Origin: Lama glama
Taxonomy: Eukaryota
Assembly (NCBI GenBank): GCA_028534125.1
Contig: CM052817.1
Span: 30,258,001 to 30,322,000, forward strand
DNA length: 64,000 nt
Direction of reading: 5' to 3'
Of the stretch, positions 1 to 13,416 are shown one piece after another. The notes under the pieces are model-generated. The model made no database searches. It saw nothing but the letters and a program-made list of their open reading frames with translations, and was not told where the DNA came from. The translations under genes and the position numbers were made by a program. The first letter of the stretch is position 1; each line of letters begins with the position of its first letter.

Positions 1-84
1 CTCAAAATTATCTTAAATCCCAAACCTGCAAGTAACCACTATGAGGCTTTTCTTTTTATGCTTACTTTTCCTAGGTGTTTAGGG

Positions 85-405
85 TAGAGGCCAACAAACT
101 CTTTTTGCAAAGACCTAAATGGTAAATATTTTAGGCTTTGCAGGTTATATGACTTCTGTCACCACTACTCAGATCCACTGTTGTACCTGAAATCAGCCAA
201 AAACAAATGTAAATAAAAGGATCATGACTGTATTTCTGATAAAATTTTATTTATGGACACTTAAATTTGTATTTCATACAATTTTCATGTGTGACCAAAT
301 ATTATTCAACCCTGTAAATATTCTGAAGAGCGTTCTTAGCTGGCTGATTGTACAAAGACAGGCAGCCAGCCAAATTTAATGAGGGCCATATCAAGCCTAC
401 CCTTA
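85..405 (+). mobile_element. MER58B-like hAT-Charlie MITE
   Basis: Colinear with recalled MER58B consensus (caaact...gtaaatattttaggctttgc...tttatttatggacact...ttcttagct); degenerate ends. Confidence 0.85.
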
Positions 406-559
406 GTTTAGACACATAGATGTATATATTGCTTTGTCCATCTATCTGCATATATATATGCATGATATAAACAATTAATTTAAAAAAATCAAGACCAAAT
501 GATATATACTTGTTTTAGAAACTTTTAGTCTCATTAATTTCTGTCGCATTCTATGGCTG

Positions 560-816
560 GTGAAAAGAACATATGTCCCCTCTCTTTTGCTGCTACCCAG
601 AACCATATGGCTAGTTGAGTTTACTGGGTGAGGTACGGAAGACTGAGGGTGAAGCCTGAAGTCTCTGATGGAGCGGGCAGGGCCACCACAGCAGAGCAGA
701 CTGAGGCCCTGAGTCTCCTCTTGCACAGCAGATGTTGAATGAAGGAGAAATGAATCTGTATGCTTTAAGCCTCTGACCTTTTGATATGTTATTGCAGCAG
801 ATCCTAATCTAATACA
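560..816 (+). mobile_element. Old MaLR/ERVL LTR 3' fragment (MLT1-like)
   Basis: Typical LTR end 'tttaagcctctga...tgttattgcagcag...ctaataca'. Confidence 0.55.
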
Positions 817-819
817 GTG

Positions 820-1663
820 TTGCTTGTATCTGACGTTTAGCCTTTAATAATGTATTCTGAAAAATCATCTTTCAAAACAGCATGTTGAGGGCAATAAAAT
901 GTTTCATTATTAGCATCCGCTATAATGTGTATAGCCAATCATTTAATTACTTTTTCAGACTTGAGTTATTTTCTGATTTTTGCCCAGTATCAACTCAGCC
1001 ATAGTAAAAAGATCTGTGGATAAATATCAATATTTTATTCTTATGTATTTATGAATTCTGGAAATAGAATCATTCAGATAAAGTGCTGAATATTTTAAGG
1101 ACCACTGATAAATATTCGCAAATTATTCATCATACAGTTTGTGACAATTAAAACTCTTGTTGGCCATATATGTTCTTTAACCACTTTATTATCATTAGTC
1201 AGTATGTCAGTATGGTTTTTAAAATATTGTTTGAGGTACTTCTTTGTACCAGTTTGCATTTCTTAACTAGTAAGGTTGAACTCTTTTCATATTTTTATTG
1301 GTCTCTTGAGTTTCCTTTTTTATACATAGTTCATTCCGGTCCTTTGCTCCTTCCTCGACTGAGGTATTCATCTGTTTCTTAGTGATTGATAATATTATCT
1401 TTTCATCAATAGTGGTACTTTATCTACCCTTTGCCATATCTGCTACAACTAATATTCTAGGGTTTCATTTGCCTGTTATTTTACTTAATGTGGTATATTG
1501 TCCTCATGTATGTAGGTTTTTTTTTAAGTTGGTTTTTTAAGTCTGTCAGTTTCTTTTTTATGATTTTTTTCATTCATTTTTATGCTTATGATGTTCTTTT
1601 CCATCTCAAGACTGATTCCTATCTGCTAGTGCGTTCTTGTTCTTCTGTAGTTTTATTTTTACC
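820..1663 (-). mobile_element. Ancient L1 (L1ME-like) fragment
   Basis: T-rich antisense L1 motifs such as 'tttgcatttcttaactagtaaggttgaactcttttcatattttt'. Confidence 0.6.
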
Positions 1664-1668
1664 TTTAG

Positions 1669-2135
1669 TGGTAGTCAAAGGATGCCCTCCCAAAGGTGCC
1701 CATGTCTTAATCCACAATCCTGTGAATATGTTATCTAGGATGGCAAAAGGGACTTCACAGATGTGAGTAAGTTAAGAATATTGAGATGGGGAGATTATCT
1801 TGGATTATCCATGTAGGACCAATGTACTCACAAGGGTCCTCATAAGAGGGAGGCAGGAGTTTCTGGTCAGAGAAAGAGATATGATGATGGAATCAGAGGT
1901 CATACTGATGTGACCACTAGTCAAGGAATGCAGGCAGCCTCCAGCAGCTGGAAAAGGCAAGGACAGATTCTCCTCAAGTGTCTCCACAGGGATGTGGCTC
2001 CAATGACACCTTGATTTTCTCCTCCTAAGGCTCGTTCAGACTTCTAACCTCCATAACTGCAAGAGAATAGGTCTGTGCTGTTTTCAGCCCCTCAGTTTGT
2101 GGTAACTGGTTAAAGCAGCAACAGGAAACTCAGCA
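1669..2135 (+). mobile_element. MLT1C/D solo LTR (ERVL-MaLR)
   Basis: 'ggcaaaagggacttcacagatgtg...gagatggggagattatc...gcagcaacaggaaact'; 5-bp TSD tttag at 1664-1668 and 2136-2140. Confidence 0.9.
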
Positions 2136-2764
2136 TTTAGTCTACTTGGAAATTATTTTTTATAGATGCAAAAATGAGATTTATTTTCATAAGAGTAAGA
2201 AAACAAGAAGGGTCTCAGAAACAGCTTATGCACATCTGAGAAACAAAGGATTCTCTAAGAAGTTATGAGGAGCTGTTAAGGGTATGCTTTTAATAAAAAA
2301 ACCGGTAAGAATTTTGAGGTTCTGGTGTGCCTGAACCTGTAACCCAGTTAGACTGGTTCAGGGACTTTAAACTTGGTGATATGTAATAAAGAAAGAGACA
2401 GGTGCCTAGGGAACCCTGCCAGGTAAATTCAGTCCCAACTTGATCACAACATAAGTTCTACTTCAGGATAAAGTGTTCTCAACTGGGGCCATTCTGGGAC
2501 CTGCTGACTCCTGGCTTTTGCAATCCTTCTCCATCTTTCAGACTACCAGTGATATATTTCTACTGAAGGTCACCTACAAAAGGATCTAGAAACACTAGCT
2601 AAAACAAACAGTTCTATAAATATGTTTCAAAGCTCAATTTTATTATTTTATGGTATCTGATAACAACATTGGAAATCATAGAGGTTACTGCTATCAGTTT
2701 GGTGTCTGTAAATTTCAAGTCTCTTGACTATTTGAACATAGTATTTCTCCCTTCAGTTTTGGGA

Positions 2765-2792
2765 TGTGTGTGTGTGTGTGTGTGTGTGTGTG
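2765..2792. repeat. (TG)14 microsatellite
   Basis: Direct reading. Confidence 0.95.
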
Positions 2793-2869
2793 GATTTTGT
2801 GTCCATTCTTTTCTTATGCATGGTCCCCAATTAATTGAAATATTCTTCCTCAGCAAGAGAGCTGTTTGC

Positions 2870-3030
2870 AGGGGTTGAGTCGAGTTCTAAAGTCAGACTG
2901 CCTGGTTTGAATCTTCCTCTACCGTATAGCCTGTCACCTTAGCAATATACTGACTCTCTCTGAACCTGGATTTCCTCTTCTATGAAATGGAGACCATCAT
3001 AGGAACTACCTCATGAAAATAATTTGAGCC
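2870..3030 (+). mobile_element. MIR SINE
   Basis: 'agtcagactgcctggtttgaatc...ctctctgaacctggatttcctcttctatgaaatgg'. Confidence 0.75.
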
Positions 3031-3369
3031 TTACATTGGATACTAAAGGTACAATATTTGGGCAGGGTCAAATGCAAAGTTTACACTCGGTGAATTTTGG
3101 TTATTCATTCTTTCTCCCTCCTCATAACCATTTTGAACCTTATCTCCCCTTCAGTGTCCAAACTAACCATCATTCAAAACTTACCTCTAGTCATCATATA
3201 TTGTAACACTCCTTGGTTCCTTGGAACTTTCATAAATTAAACCAGTATATTAAAATCAGGTATTTTTACCTCATTGGATTCGTAATAATATACTACTTAA
3301 TTTTTAATTTTTATTTTTTACATTTTTTTATTTAACAAGTGTCTGTTCAATAACAAGTAATTGTTGGGA

Positions 3370-3510
3370 TCTCTGTTACCCAGTTTCCTAATATGTAATG
3401 TAGGGATGATAACAGTATTTACAGGCTTATTGTGAAAACTGAATGGGTTTATGAGTGTACAATGCTTGGCACAATGTCTGCCACGTAGGAAAGGCTAAAT
3501 AAACGTTATT
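3370..3510 (+). mobile_element. MIR SINE 3' part
   Basis: 'cagtttcctaatatgtaatgtagggatgataacagta...gcttggcacaatgtctgccacgtagg'. Confidence 0.75.
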
Positions 3511-4475
3511 TTTACTAGACTTATTATATGCTAACACTGTAAATTATTTTACATTATGAAAAGACCACACATGTCTTAAAAAGGCCTCCTGACTATGCCT
3601 TCTTTGTACCACATTGTAAGTTTCCAACAGATATCAAGTCAATGAATGTGAAATGCACAAATGGATTGTGGAAAATTAATATTCGGATATGGAGTCATTT
3701 CAGGGAAATTTTGATGTGTGACATGTGACTATATATATATTTCAAAAGAAAATAGAAAAAAATGAGGAATGTATAAACACCTTGTTTGTCTCTGCATGCA
3801 ACCAGTTGAGAGGATTTTGGCTGCCTGACCATAAAGGTGACAGGAATGAAAGCCATGGGAGCCACAACGAGTGATCCTTACAAGAAACAGCCAGGAATGG
3901 TCTGAAAGCGCGCAGGCTGCAGGGTGTTTATGTGCATGCCCGTGCTAACACCGCAACAAAGTCAGTAAGAAGGGAGATGTGACAGGGCTGATAGGATTTG
4001 TGTGTAAGAAGGAACTTAGCTTGTGAAATATGAAAGAAATTCCCTTTTCTTACAATGCCATCGGAAAAGCAGAACTTACTCGTAAGCTGGGAAATTTGGC
4101 AGAAGTATAATTTGAGAAGAAGCCAAAAAGGAAATTTCCCGTGATAACAAAGGACATCTCTAAAGCGCATCCTAATTATCAGTGCCCAGCTATCTTTAGG
4201 GGAAGTGTCTTCTGGAAGGTCTGCTCCTTTCTAGCTGTATCTGTCAATCAGAAGGAGAGAAAAAGAGAGCAATCCAGCCTCCGGGAAGTGCTCATTCTTA
4301 CATATTCCAGGATGTACATGTTCTCTTGTCTTGAGAGACTGTTCATCTGACTGTATTATTTTCAATACAATTCATTCTCTCATTAGTTCAACAAACATTA
4401 ATTTAACAAGAATTGATTGAGCACTATTCTATGACAATGTACTGCCAGATATCCTGAGAATGTGTTTGTTTCTAA

Positions 4476-4740
4476 AATAATGACAATAATAATAATAATA
4501 ATAATAATATGGTACATTTTATAGAAAGTTTTATACAGTATTTACTATGAGTCAGGATGGTGATGGTTCTAAGCATTTGATTCTCGCAAACAAAAAGCTA
4601 CAAAACAAGTAGTAATAAGACCTCTGATTTACAGATGAATAAATGAAACGCAGAGAGGTAATCACCTCTCCCAAGTACACAAGCTAGTAAATTGCTACAG
4701 CTGGCATCATTCCAGGCTGTACCTTTAGCCACCATGCCGA
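4476..4740 (-). mobile_element. MIR SINE with (AAT)n tail, within L2 remnants (about 4370-5100)
   Basis: (aat)n then 'tttacagatgaataaatgaaacgcagagaggtaatcacctctcccaag'. Confidence 0.7.
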
Positions 4741-7259
4741 AGGTGCTTCTGAGATGATCTTGTGCTCTGAGAACACTTACAGACTGGAACAAGGAGCTAT
4801 TTCTAATTAGTTATAAGGGTGACAAATACTGAGATATTTATAAGGTTGTAAGAGCATGTAGAAGAAGTAACCAACCCAGGGACTCAGACCAGGAAAGAGA
4901 TCATCTAAAGTGAAGACTGATGCATAAAGTGGAGTAACTGGACATTGGGATGGGAGGTCAAAATGTTCCAGGAAAAGGAAACAGTATGAAGTTCCCCAAC
5001 TGAGGGAGGATGAGGTTGGTCCATTTGAGAAATGAAGTAAAGTTCACAGGACCGGGAGGAAGAGATGATGAGGATGAACCTAATAATTTAAGAAAATGGC
5101 CAAGATGCTAGAGCTGCAGATCCCAAATCATGTCCTTTTCCTATAAGTCTTGGCAAAGAAGTAACGTCTGTTTCACTTTCCAAAGCCCCGCTTGTATATA
5201 AAAACGCATGCGTATTTGAATGGGCCCTTACTTAGCCAGGCAGAACCATTTCGGATTTAATGGGAAATTTGCTTCTTGGCCTCAGCGTTTTGCCTTCTAC
5301 TGAATTTGCCTTCTACTGAATTTTCCGGCCTGCCTTCTCTCGGAATCAAGCAGACAACCTTTTCTTTGGAAAGAGTCTACAAATGTTTTTGTGGCATGAT
5401 TTTAGAGCTAAAGGAATTAACTTATAATGGTAAATAGAGGAGATGTTAGAGCAGGAAGAATTTATAAGAAGATTGATTAAGGGAGTGAAGCTTGGATGCT
5501 CTTTCAAGATGTCAGAGAGCAACTGGAAAGTGAAAGGTGACGTGAAGGGGACCGAGTAAAGACAAGGCTTTCAAGAAGGAAGTCAGTATTCCATAAGGCT
5601 GCAGAAACATTTGGTGGAGACAGCAAGAGTAGGAAAACAAAGAAGAGTAAATTAAAGCTAAAATAGCAACATTCAAGGTACAGGTGAGAGAATCTATCTA
5701 TACCATCAAGGTAGAAAGCATAAATAAAATATCAGACAAGAATAAAATATCAGAGAAAACAGAAATATGCAAAGAAGGGAAAGCTGGAATTAGTTTTAAG
5801 ATATTAAAAATAAACAATAAGATGACACAGAAAGAGAAATCAAAAATTAAGGAAATGTCCTTTAAGAAAAAAAAGTCACATAAAAGAGTAGTAATATGTG
5901 CCCATGTCAAAGAATTCATCAAGACTTTAAAAATTATTCTACAGCTAACATATCAACTCAAACATTGTGCAGTGTGATTAGGTAGAATTTGATGTTTCTC
6001 TTGGGTTTGATATTTGATGGTTTTCTGCTGTCTTTTAGCTCTTTAAAAAAAAAAAGAACTCTAAGGAAACCTTTGTAGTGAAGGTATATGAATAGAGAAA
6101 AGTACTCTTTTCAAGGAAAATCCCCAATAATAATTATTATGGAGAGAGGAAAAGCACTAGAATCTAGAGACCACTAACCTTACTGAACACTGATCACAAG
6201 ACTTACGTAGATGTCTTGCTGCAAAGGTTCGCAAGCTTAGCAGAAGGCATGACACACAGGGCAAATGATCTGCCAGACATCCAAAAATAGCTGATTGTGA
6301 ATTTCAGAGAAGATCTGAAATAGGCCAAAATAGAGAGGTGGGAAAATTACTAATTAGTTTATTTTAAAATATGACTTGTTGATTAACTATAATTCTTTCT
6401 TTAAATCTGGATCCAAAATCGTGTTTGCCACATAAGCTGCTGAAATAAGCAAGGATGTTATATATCAAAGTGACCCATATGCTAATGCTCAGTGGGTGGG
6501 GGAAGAAATAAATTAACGTGGCAAGAAGAGTGAGGCAAGTCTATCCACATCGTCCTTTATTTCCATGTGGGCTCTGTAGACACTCTCAAAAGAAAACAAA
6601 TAACAAACTGGAGAGAAGACAAATGAAAATGATTAAAAAAAGGAAGAGATACTATCATAGATTAATAAACCTAGGTACCTTAGTGGGATAACATTGTCTT
6701 GACAGGGGCAGACAAATCAAAGTTGAGAATACTTAAAATCTATAAAGGGTACCCCAGGAAAGCTGTAGCAGGAGGCACAGTGCTAAGGGAGCTCTGATAA
6801 TATTGACGCTATCAAAGTGCAGGCTGGGCCACTGGCAACGTGTGATTTGCTTTGAGGAGGTAGATGATGCAAATGACATTAGGGCAATGAAAATAACAGA
6901 ATAGAAGATAAAAATAAACACAGGGGATTTGGAAAGTATTAGAATGCAAGACACATATAATTAAGCTTTGCCAAGTGCCAAATCTTTGTGCGTTACAGCT
7001 TCCACCAACTGCATGCAGCTCCTTCTTTAATGAGTCATTGTAACAAGAGGGCAAAAAAAAAAAAAAAAAAACTAGACAGGAGGCTCCCTGTTTCTCACGA
7101 GAGGATGAAATGATCGAGTGCCAAAGTAGTTAATCAGTCGACGTTTTTGTCTTTCAAATACGTGAAGGTAGAAGGTGGCAAAAACTGGGAGAGGTGATGT
7201 AGCAAACACGCCAGCAAGGAAAGCAACAGCTAAGGCAGGCACAGAGCTCCTCCATCATC

Positions 7260-7410
7260 AGATGTGAGGCTGGACCAGTCACCCAAAGGGAGTCTCTGTT
7301 TGCTTTTCATATGTAGAAAGCGTAAAACAGCTGTCTGTCAGTATCCTGAGGTTATAATGGAAATTAAACGGGGTAATTATGTAAGGTGCTTAGCACAGAG
7401 GTGCTCAAAG
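7260..7410 (+). mobile_element. MIR fragment
   Basis: 'aattaaacggggtaattatgtaaggtgcttagcacag'. Confidence 0.6.
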
Positions 7411-7490
7411 ACTGTGGTAGATTTTAGAAGAGGTAGCACTTCTAAATCTAAAGGCTCAGACAAGGGAGAAAAAAGACATCATGGGAATAC

Positions 7491-7656
7491 GATAGGCCCT
7501 CCAACCATGGATCCAGTGTGTTGAATCCGCAACTGTGGAGCCTGGGAAATGAAACACTGACTGTGCTAGGTCATTTCACATAAGGGACTTGAGCATCCTC
7601 AGATTTTGGTGTCCATGGGGGTCCTGGAACCCTGGTGCAGATACCCAGGAAGACCA
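7491..7656 (-). mobile_element. MER2-like TcMar-Tigger MITE (short/internally deleted)
   Basis: 'ataagggacttgagcatcctcagattttggtgtccatgggggtcctggaacc' matches the reverse complement of the recalled MER2 5' arm. Confidence 0.75.
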
Positions 7657-7864
7657 ATAAAATTGAAGAGTTTGAAATTGAGAGTCTTGGATATGCTTCT
7701 GTGTGGCTACTAGAAATCACTGATACGGAGTGTTTTCCAAAAAACAAAAACATAAAAAGCACTTCCCATACACAAGAAATGGGAGACAAAGCAACACGAC
7801 CGAAGGCATTTGGAGCCCCTCGGCTACGGAGGAGGAGGGGGACGGGATGAAACCTAGTCAGATC

Positions 7865-8427
7865 TGTGGAGCGTGGAGCAGGCTGGCACTCTCTGGAGTC
7901 ATAAAACCCCACCCCGGGGCTCTCCAAGGGCCTGGAGCCATTGTCACCTTAACCCTCACTCCCCATTGTAGGACCACTCTGCATACCTGCATTTCTGCAG
8001 GATAAAGCAAACAAACAAACAAACAAAGAACATCTCTTGATGTGTGTTTATCCTAACAAAACCCATTTGCCCCAGGAAGTAGCCCATCTCACAATACCCT
8101 AGGGGGGCGAGTCTCACACCCTGCCCTTGTCAAAGTCCAAAACCCTATTATTCAGAGTAGACCCCAACAGACCTTATAGCCAATCAGGCACCTGTACATG
8201 AATTGATCATGCAGCCCCTACTCCTTGTGTGCACCGCCCCCACCCCCAATAAAAGACCCTGCACGCCCACCCTCGGGGCTCACACAGGCACCTCTCCTCT
8301 GTGTGGCCTGCTGCTGTCTGTAGATCTGTAACTATTAAATTTTTCCTTGTTCTTATTCTTTCCTCGGCCTCTGGTGAGTTATTTTACCAACCAGCATCAC
8401 CTGCCCACCGTATCATGTCCCGTAACA
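7865..8427 (+). mobile_element. Solo ERV LTR (probably ERVL class)
   Basis: TG...CA ends; near-TSD agatc (7860-7864) / agaac (8428-8432); CCAAT ~8180, GC box 8234-8239, TATA-like AATAAAA 8248-8254, ATTAAA 8334-8339. Confidence 0.75.
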
Positions 8428-11140
8428 AGAACGAAAGTGTTCATGGGCCATTATTAAAAAAGATGAGCAAAGAGAGCAAACAAGGTGTGAAATGCTCTCG
8501 AGGGGGTAGCGGAAAGAGTGAAAAATTGTTCATTCATTCTACTAATTTATTTATAGATTTAATGACTATTGACTGTGCTAGGCATTAAGAAATAGTTAAA
8601 AGAAGTTGGGAAAAGAATTTCATAGAGAAAATAAATGACATAGAAAAAGAGATTAATGAGTGCCGCACACATTTGTTTGTGTTATATTAAATTATGACGA
8701 CCTTGATGGTGACTGCAGTGGGATAACAGTCTACAGCAAGAGAATCAGGGCACTACAGATTTGTCACAGCCTCATGTGAACATGCCTGGTCTGGTTTTTC
8801 ACAAATTTGAGAGGTTTTCGTGAGTCTGACTCAACCCAGAAGTTGCACTTGGGGAATAGGGCAGGAGGCAGGCTTCACAGAGGATTTGGATTTGCCTTGA
8901 GCCGCTTTGAACAACCTCAATTCATCACCCTGAGGTGAAGGAGGAGGAGCAGAAATGCATGAATTTAACAAAGGTTAGTATTCCTTCTGAACAGTGTCGG
9001 AGAGGCCAGCCAGTTGTGAATTGTATGTAAATGAACTTTAAGCTATTCCTTTTATGGTACATTTAAAAGATCTTTGAAAGATGCAAATCATGAAAATTAT
9101 GAGAGATTATTTGCTAATGGTCAGTGAACCACACAAAGGCTAGGCTTTTCCGTACTGTTGTGGGCATACATAGCCAGCACCCAGCACAGCGCCCGGCCCA
9201 GAGATAGCATTTAACTCGTGGAACTTACCTTTTCTTGTGTTCCCTTGTGTATTAGTAACCCTGTTTACTTATGCCTTGGTACATCCTAAGTGCATTTCAC
9301 GGATATCAGACCAATACATTAATAAATTAATAATGATGAGTTAAATAAATTAAATCCCAGGATATTCTTTTAAAGATGTTTCTAGCTGATGAGGGGAGAC
9401 TGAAGTCATCTTTTCTCAAATCTTTGCCTAATAGAAACATTAAAAGAATTTTCTCAAAATTACCAGAAAAATGATTGGACAAAATATAGTGACTTGTCAG
9501 CTAGACGACAGAGTTGAGCTGATCATGTTAAGTATTGCTTTAGGGAATTCTTCCTACCAAAGCAAAACTAAATAAGAAAAAAAACCCCACAAATATAATT
9601 ATATTTAAGAAATCCAATGTCAAGAAGACATACAGTTTCTGTAGTTATAATGTTGCTATCACTCAGCAAGTGGCTGAATAAATTAGAAACAGAGCACAAT
9701 ATTATCCATTTTTAAAAAAAAACCCAACACAAAAGGTTGCCAAGATACTGAGCTTTTATCATCTCTAAAGCTTGTTCTCCTAGTTACTTTTGTTCTGTCT
9801 ACGCTATGTGACAATGTTTGTTGCTATAGTTAAATCCAATTTTCATTTTCAGTGCTGTTGCATGCTGCTGAGATGCACAAAAGGCTAACAACACTGTCTT
9901 TAGGCAAAATTTCCCTGTTGGGGTGCAGTTGAAGTTTATTTCCCACAGTAATTTTTAAAAATCGAAATGGCATCAGGATTGCTTAGCTTGTACTGAGATT
10001 TTTTTCCAGACAAAATATCTTCTCACTTATCTGGTAATTATACTTTGGGGTAGAAGTCTGTTTTTTCACCCTCATGTATTATTTTTATATCATATGTAAT
10101 ACTGACTGCATACTGACTGCATACCTGGTAGGACTGAAAACTTAGAGGATCTTAGTTTTATAGAGACTTCATCCTTTATCTCAGGGTTTACAACCCTGAA
10201 TATAACTCACTTTACATATATTCAAGGAACTTACAGCCTAAAGGGGGAAGGACCCAGACAGGTACATCGTGATGATTATGTCCCGGAAGTGGAATTGGCA
10301 GGGAAAAAGTTTAATTAATTTATTTATTTATAATGCATTATGAGATAAATATACACATGTAATACTGTGACAGATATATATATGTATTCATATGTATATC
10401 TCCACAGATAATTCAGATCAAATGAGCTTTTCTATGCTTCCAAAATTTTCTCTAAGGAATTGCTTTTTTTGTTCCAGAAAAATAACACATGATACATGTC
10501 CAAAAAATGCAGTTTGAAATTGGTATCTAAGCTGCTCTGGAGAAGCCACCAATATTGGAGGAGAGCGTGCAATGGGTATTTCTCAAAGAAAGTAATATCT
10601 CAGCTAAAGGCTGATTTTTCATTACTCACCACACTGCATCCTTCTTATGCACATGCCACTTGCTAATTCCTATCTCTATGCCTTTCATTCTTCCATCCTA
10701 CCATTAGAAAATATTCACTTTTTATCATTACAGTGTCCATCATCTTTCAAGTTCAGTTCACAAGACGCAGGTCCATCATTGTTTCATGAGACAAATAGAA
10801 ATGCCAGTTTTTGGGGAAGTCTATCCTAAATGATCACATCCTGTTATTAAATCCTGCAGTTAATTTTAACAAGAATCAACTGCAAAAATTCCAGGTTAGA
10901 GAAAACACAGATTCCTATCAGTATTTGTGTATCAAAGTTGTAACGCAGCTGTCAAAAATTAATGCATCTGTGGGCTACTTCTTAGGTCAACTTCAGAGAA
11001 TTGTAGGGCTTAGACCAAGCAAGATAATAGTGTCACTGGGCCCTGAGGTGTTATGATTACTTCTGAAGTGTTATAACTAGGTGTCACAGTGATATATTCA
11101 AACATTCATATAAGAGGGACCAAAGTAATAATAATAATCT

Positions 11141-11350
11141 GGAACTCTGAAGAAAATAGGGATGTTTACCTTGAAAAAAGATTCGAGACATATGATCACT
11201 TTTTTTCAGGTATTAGAAAGATTTTTGCATGCAAGAGGAAATAGAAATGTTACTTATGTCTCCAGAAGGGAAGTGATAGCACGAGTGGGAGGAAGTGATA
11301 AAACATAGGCTCTTAGCTCAATATGAAAGAGAACTTTCTAATAATTAGAG
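11141..11350 (+). mobile_element. L3/CR1 LINE 3' fragment
   Basis: 'gggatgtttaccttgaaaaaag...gctcaatatgaaagagaactttctaataattagag' resembles the L3 3' consensus. Confidence 0.75.
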
Positions 11351-11355
11351 AATAA

Positions 11356-11747
11356 TGTGAAAGGAAAATTATTCTGACCATTGTTAAAATGATAAGGAAG
11401 ACTTTCTTCAAGACTATTACAACAAGGGAGTTTGAGCTCATCTCCAAATACAACAAAGTCAGCTGAGGATTTACAGCCAATGAGCAGACAGGTGGGGCAG
11501 GGGGGTCAATAAATAAAAAATTACTAAGAGGAGACGTCAGGAACAGGAGGAGTCTTACTAAACTTACTTAACAGGATTTTTACTGAAGACAGACCAGATT
11601 ATCTATCAAGGGTAGGGGATTCTCGCTGAACTGACTAAGCAGCATTCTTGCTAAGACTGAGCTTGGCAAGGAGGGAAACAGAGAGAGAGTTGAAAAGAGA
11701 GCTTAAAGGAGCCTAACAAAAATTTAGTCACAGGAGACAGTCATTCA
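11356..11747 (-). mobile_element. MER31-like ERV1 solo LTR
   Basis: 'aaaattattctgacc...aaggaagactttcttcaagactatt' and 'ggggattctcgctgaactgact...attcttgctaa'; TG...CA; near-TSD ataa/gtaa. Confidence 0.85.
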
Positions 11748-11794
11748 GTAATAGCAACACTAATAGTAGTAATGATATTTATAAAATAAATGAT

Positions 11795-12080
11795 ATAATT
11801 AAGTAATTTTCCAAAGGTCACTCAGCTAGTGAACAGGAATTCAGACTCAGGTGGGTATAACTCCAGAGCTCCAGCTATAAATCACGGAGCTCTCCCACCT
11901 ATTTATTAGAAGAACCTGCTTGACACCATTGTTTTAGAAATGATAAACCTGAAACTAAGAAACAGACGAATTGGTCATGATCACCTAGTAGGTTTGTGAC
12001 AGAGCAGAGAATAGGGAAAGTCCACTGACTCACGGGTCTGGGATCATGCCCATCTATCATTTTGTAATGGTCTAAGCCAC
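11795..12080 (-). mobile_element. Two MIR fragments
   Basis: 'ttaagtaattttccaaaggtcactcagctagt' and 'ccattgttttagaaatgataaacctgaaact'. Confidence 0.6.
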
Positions 12081-13416
12081 ACCCCAAACGTCTTACTAAC
12101 CAATTTTCTTTGCGTAGTATTTTTCACTCTTGCATCAGCAAGTATGGTGGTTGCCTAACACATCCACACAAAGGCTGCGAGAATTTCAAGATCCTCAGAA
12201 GTCTGGTCTTTAATTGTCTTCAGAGAGAATGAATTTTGTTCAATGTTAGGGAAAAAAGTAACCTGATTGAAAGATATTTTTCCCCCTAAAGTATTAATCC
12301 CTTAACTGGTCTGGGATATTTGCATTTTAAAAGATGACCTGCTAATCCAAATGAAGCCAGAAGAGGAGTTTCAGTTGGTAAGACTTTACTATTTCAGGGG
12401 AAGGAGCTATTTGGAATAGAGACTTCTCTTGCCTTGCAGAAGAAATGAAATGGCTCATCTTCCTACATACTCCCAAGCAATATGAATCCAGAGGCTTAGG
12501 GACCACATGCACCAGGTTTTCTCTTGACAACTGGCTCTGTATATCCTGAGATAATTCCAGATTTGACAAGCTTTTCTCAAATCAGCTCTACCTAGTTTAT
12601 TTTATTCTCCTGGGAATTATACAATGCATGGATGGACAGTTTCGAGTTCCAATCAACTGTTTCAATAGGATGCTGCTAAAGTTTCATATGCCATCTCTTG
12701 GAAAGTAGCTAGATTCTGGAGAACAGGACCGTGGACATACCAGGCCTCCATACAAGATACTAAGCATCATTATGTTCACTATTATTATTGTTAATCAAGA
12801 AATCCAGACATCTAGGCTCAAACAACAAACTAAGTTTACTTTTTCAAAATGAATTATGCTAGTTCATGAAGCTAAATTATTCAGTTAAACTTAGGGAAAA
12901 GAGCACAGCTAGTAACAATGGCAATGAATTTCATTTTTTAAAAATCTTTTACCCAATAAATACTTTATTTTGTTTAGACCAAAATCCAAACATTTGCTGG
13001 TAATATCACAGTATTGGACTGAAGTAAACAAAAATAATTTGTAAAATGCCTACTTGAAGAATAGGAGCTAAAATGTTATTTTTAATTATAGCTTAAATTA
13101 TTCCTAATAACTTAAGCAAGAACAGAAATAATACTGAAGAAAAGCTTTTACAGCATTGTAACAAAAGATCACAAGTTGGGCTTTGTTAAAATATGTGACT
13201 CATAGGAACATGGGATAAATTATGCCATTCCAGCCCCAGTGATGCTCAGTTTCAAAGGTAAAATAATACTTTATGTTTTGGATGGAATGATGAAAGGGCT
13301 ACACAGGAGCATCTTTACTACCTCAGGGAAATGGCTCTTAAAATAAGAGGAAAAGAAGTCTGAAGCATTCCTTCTGAACAAACTATTAATATTTCTGTGA
13401 TAAAGACAATAAGTGG

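Noticed and set aside
2330..2362. 8-bp inverted repeat cctgaacc/ggttcagg
   Set aside because: Short; chance-level
10099..10124. 11-bp tandem duplication atactgactgc
   Set aside because: Ordinary slippage duplication
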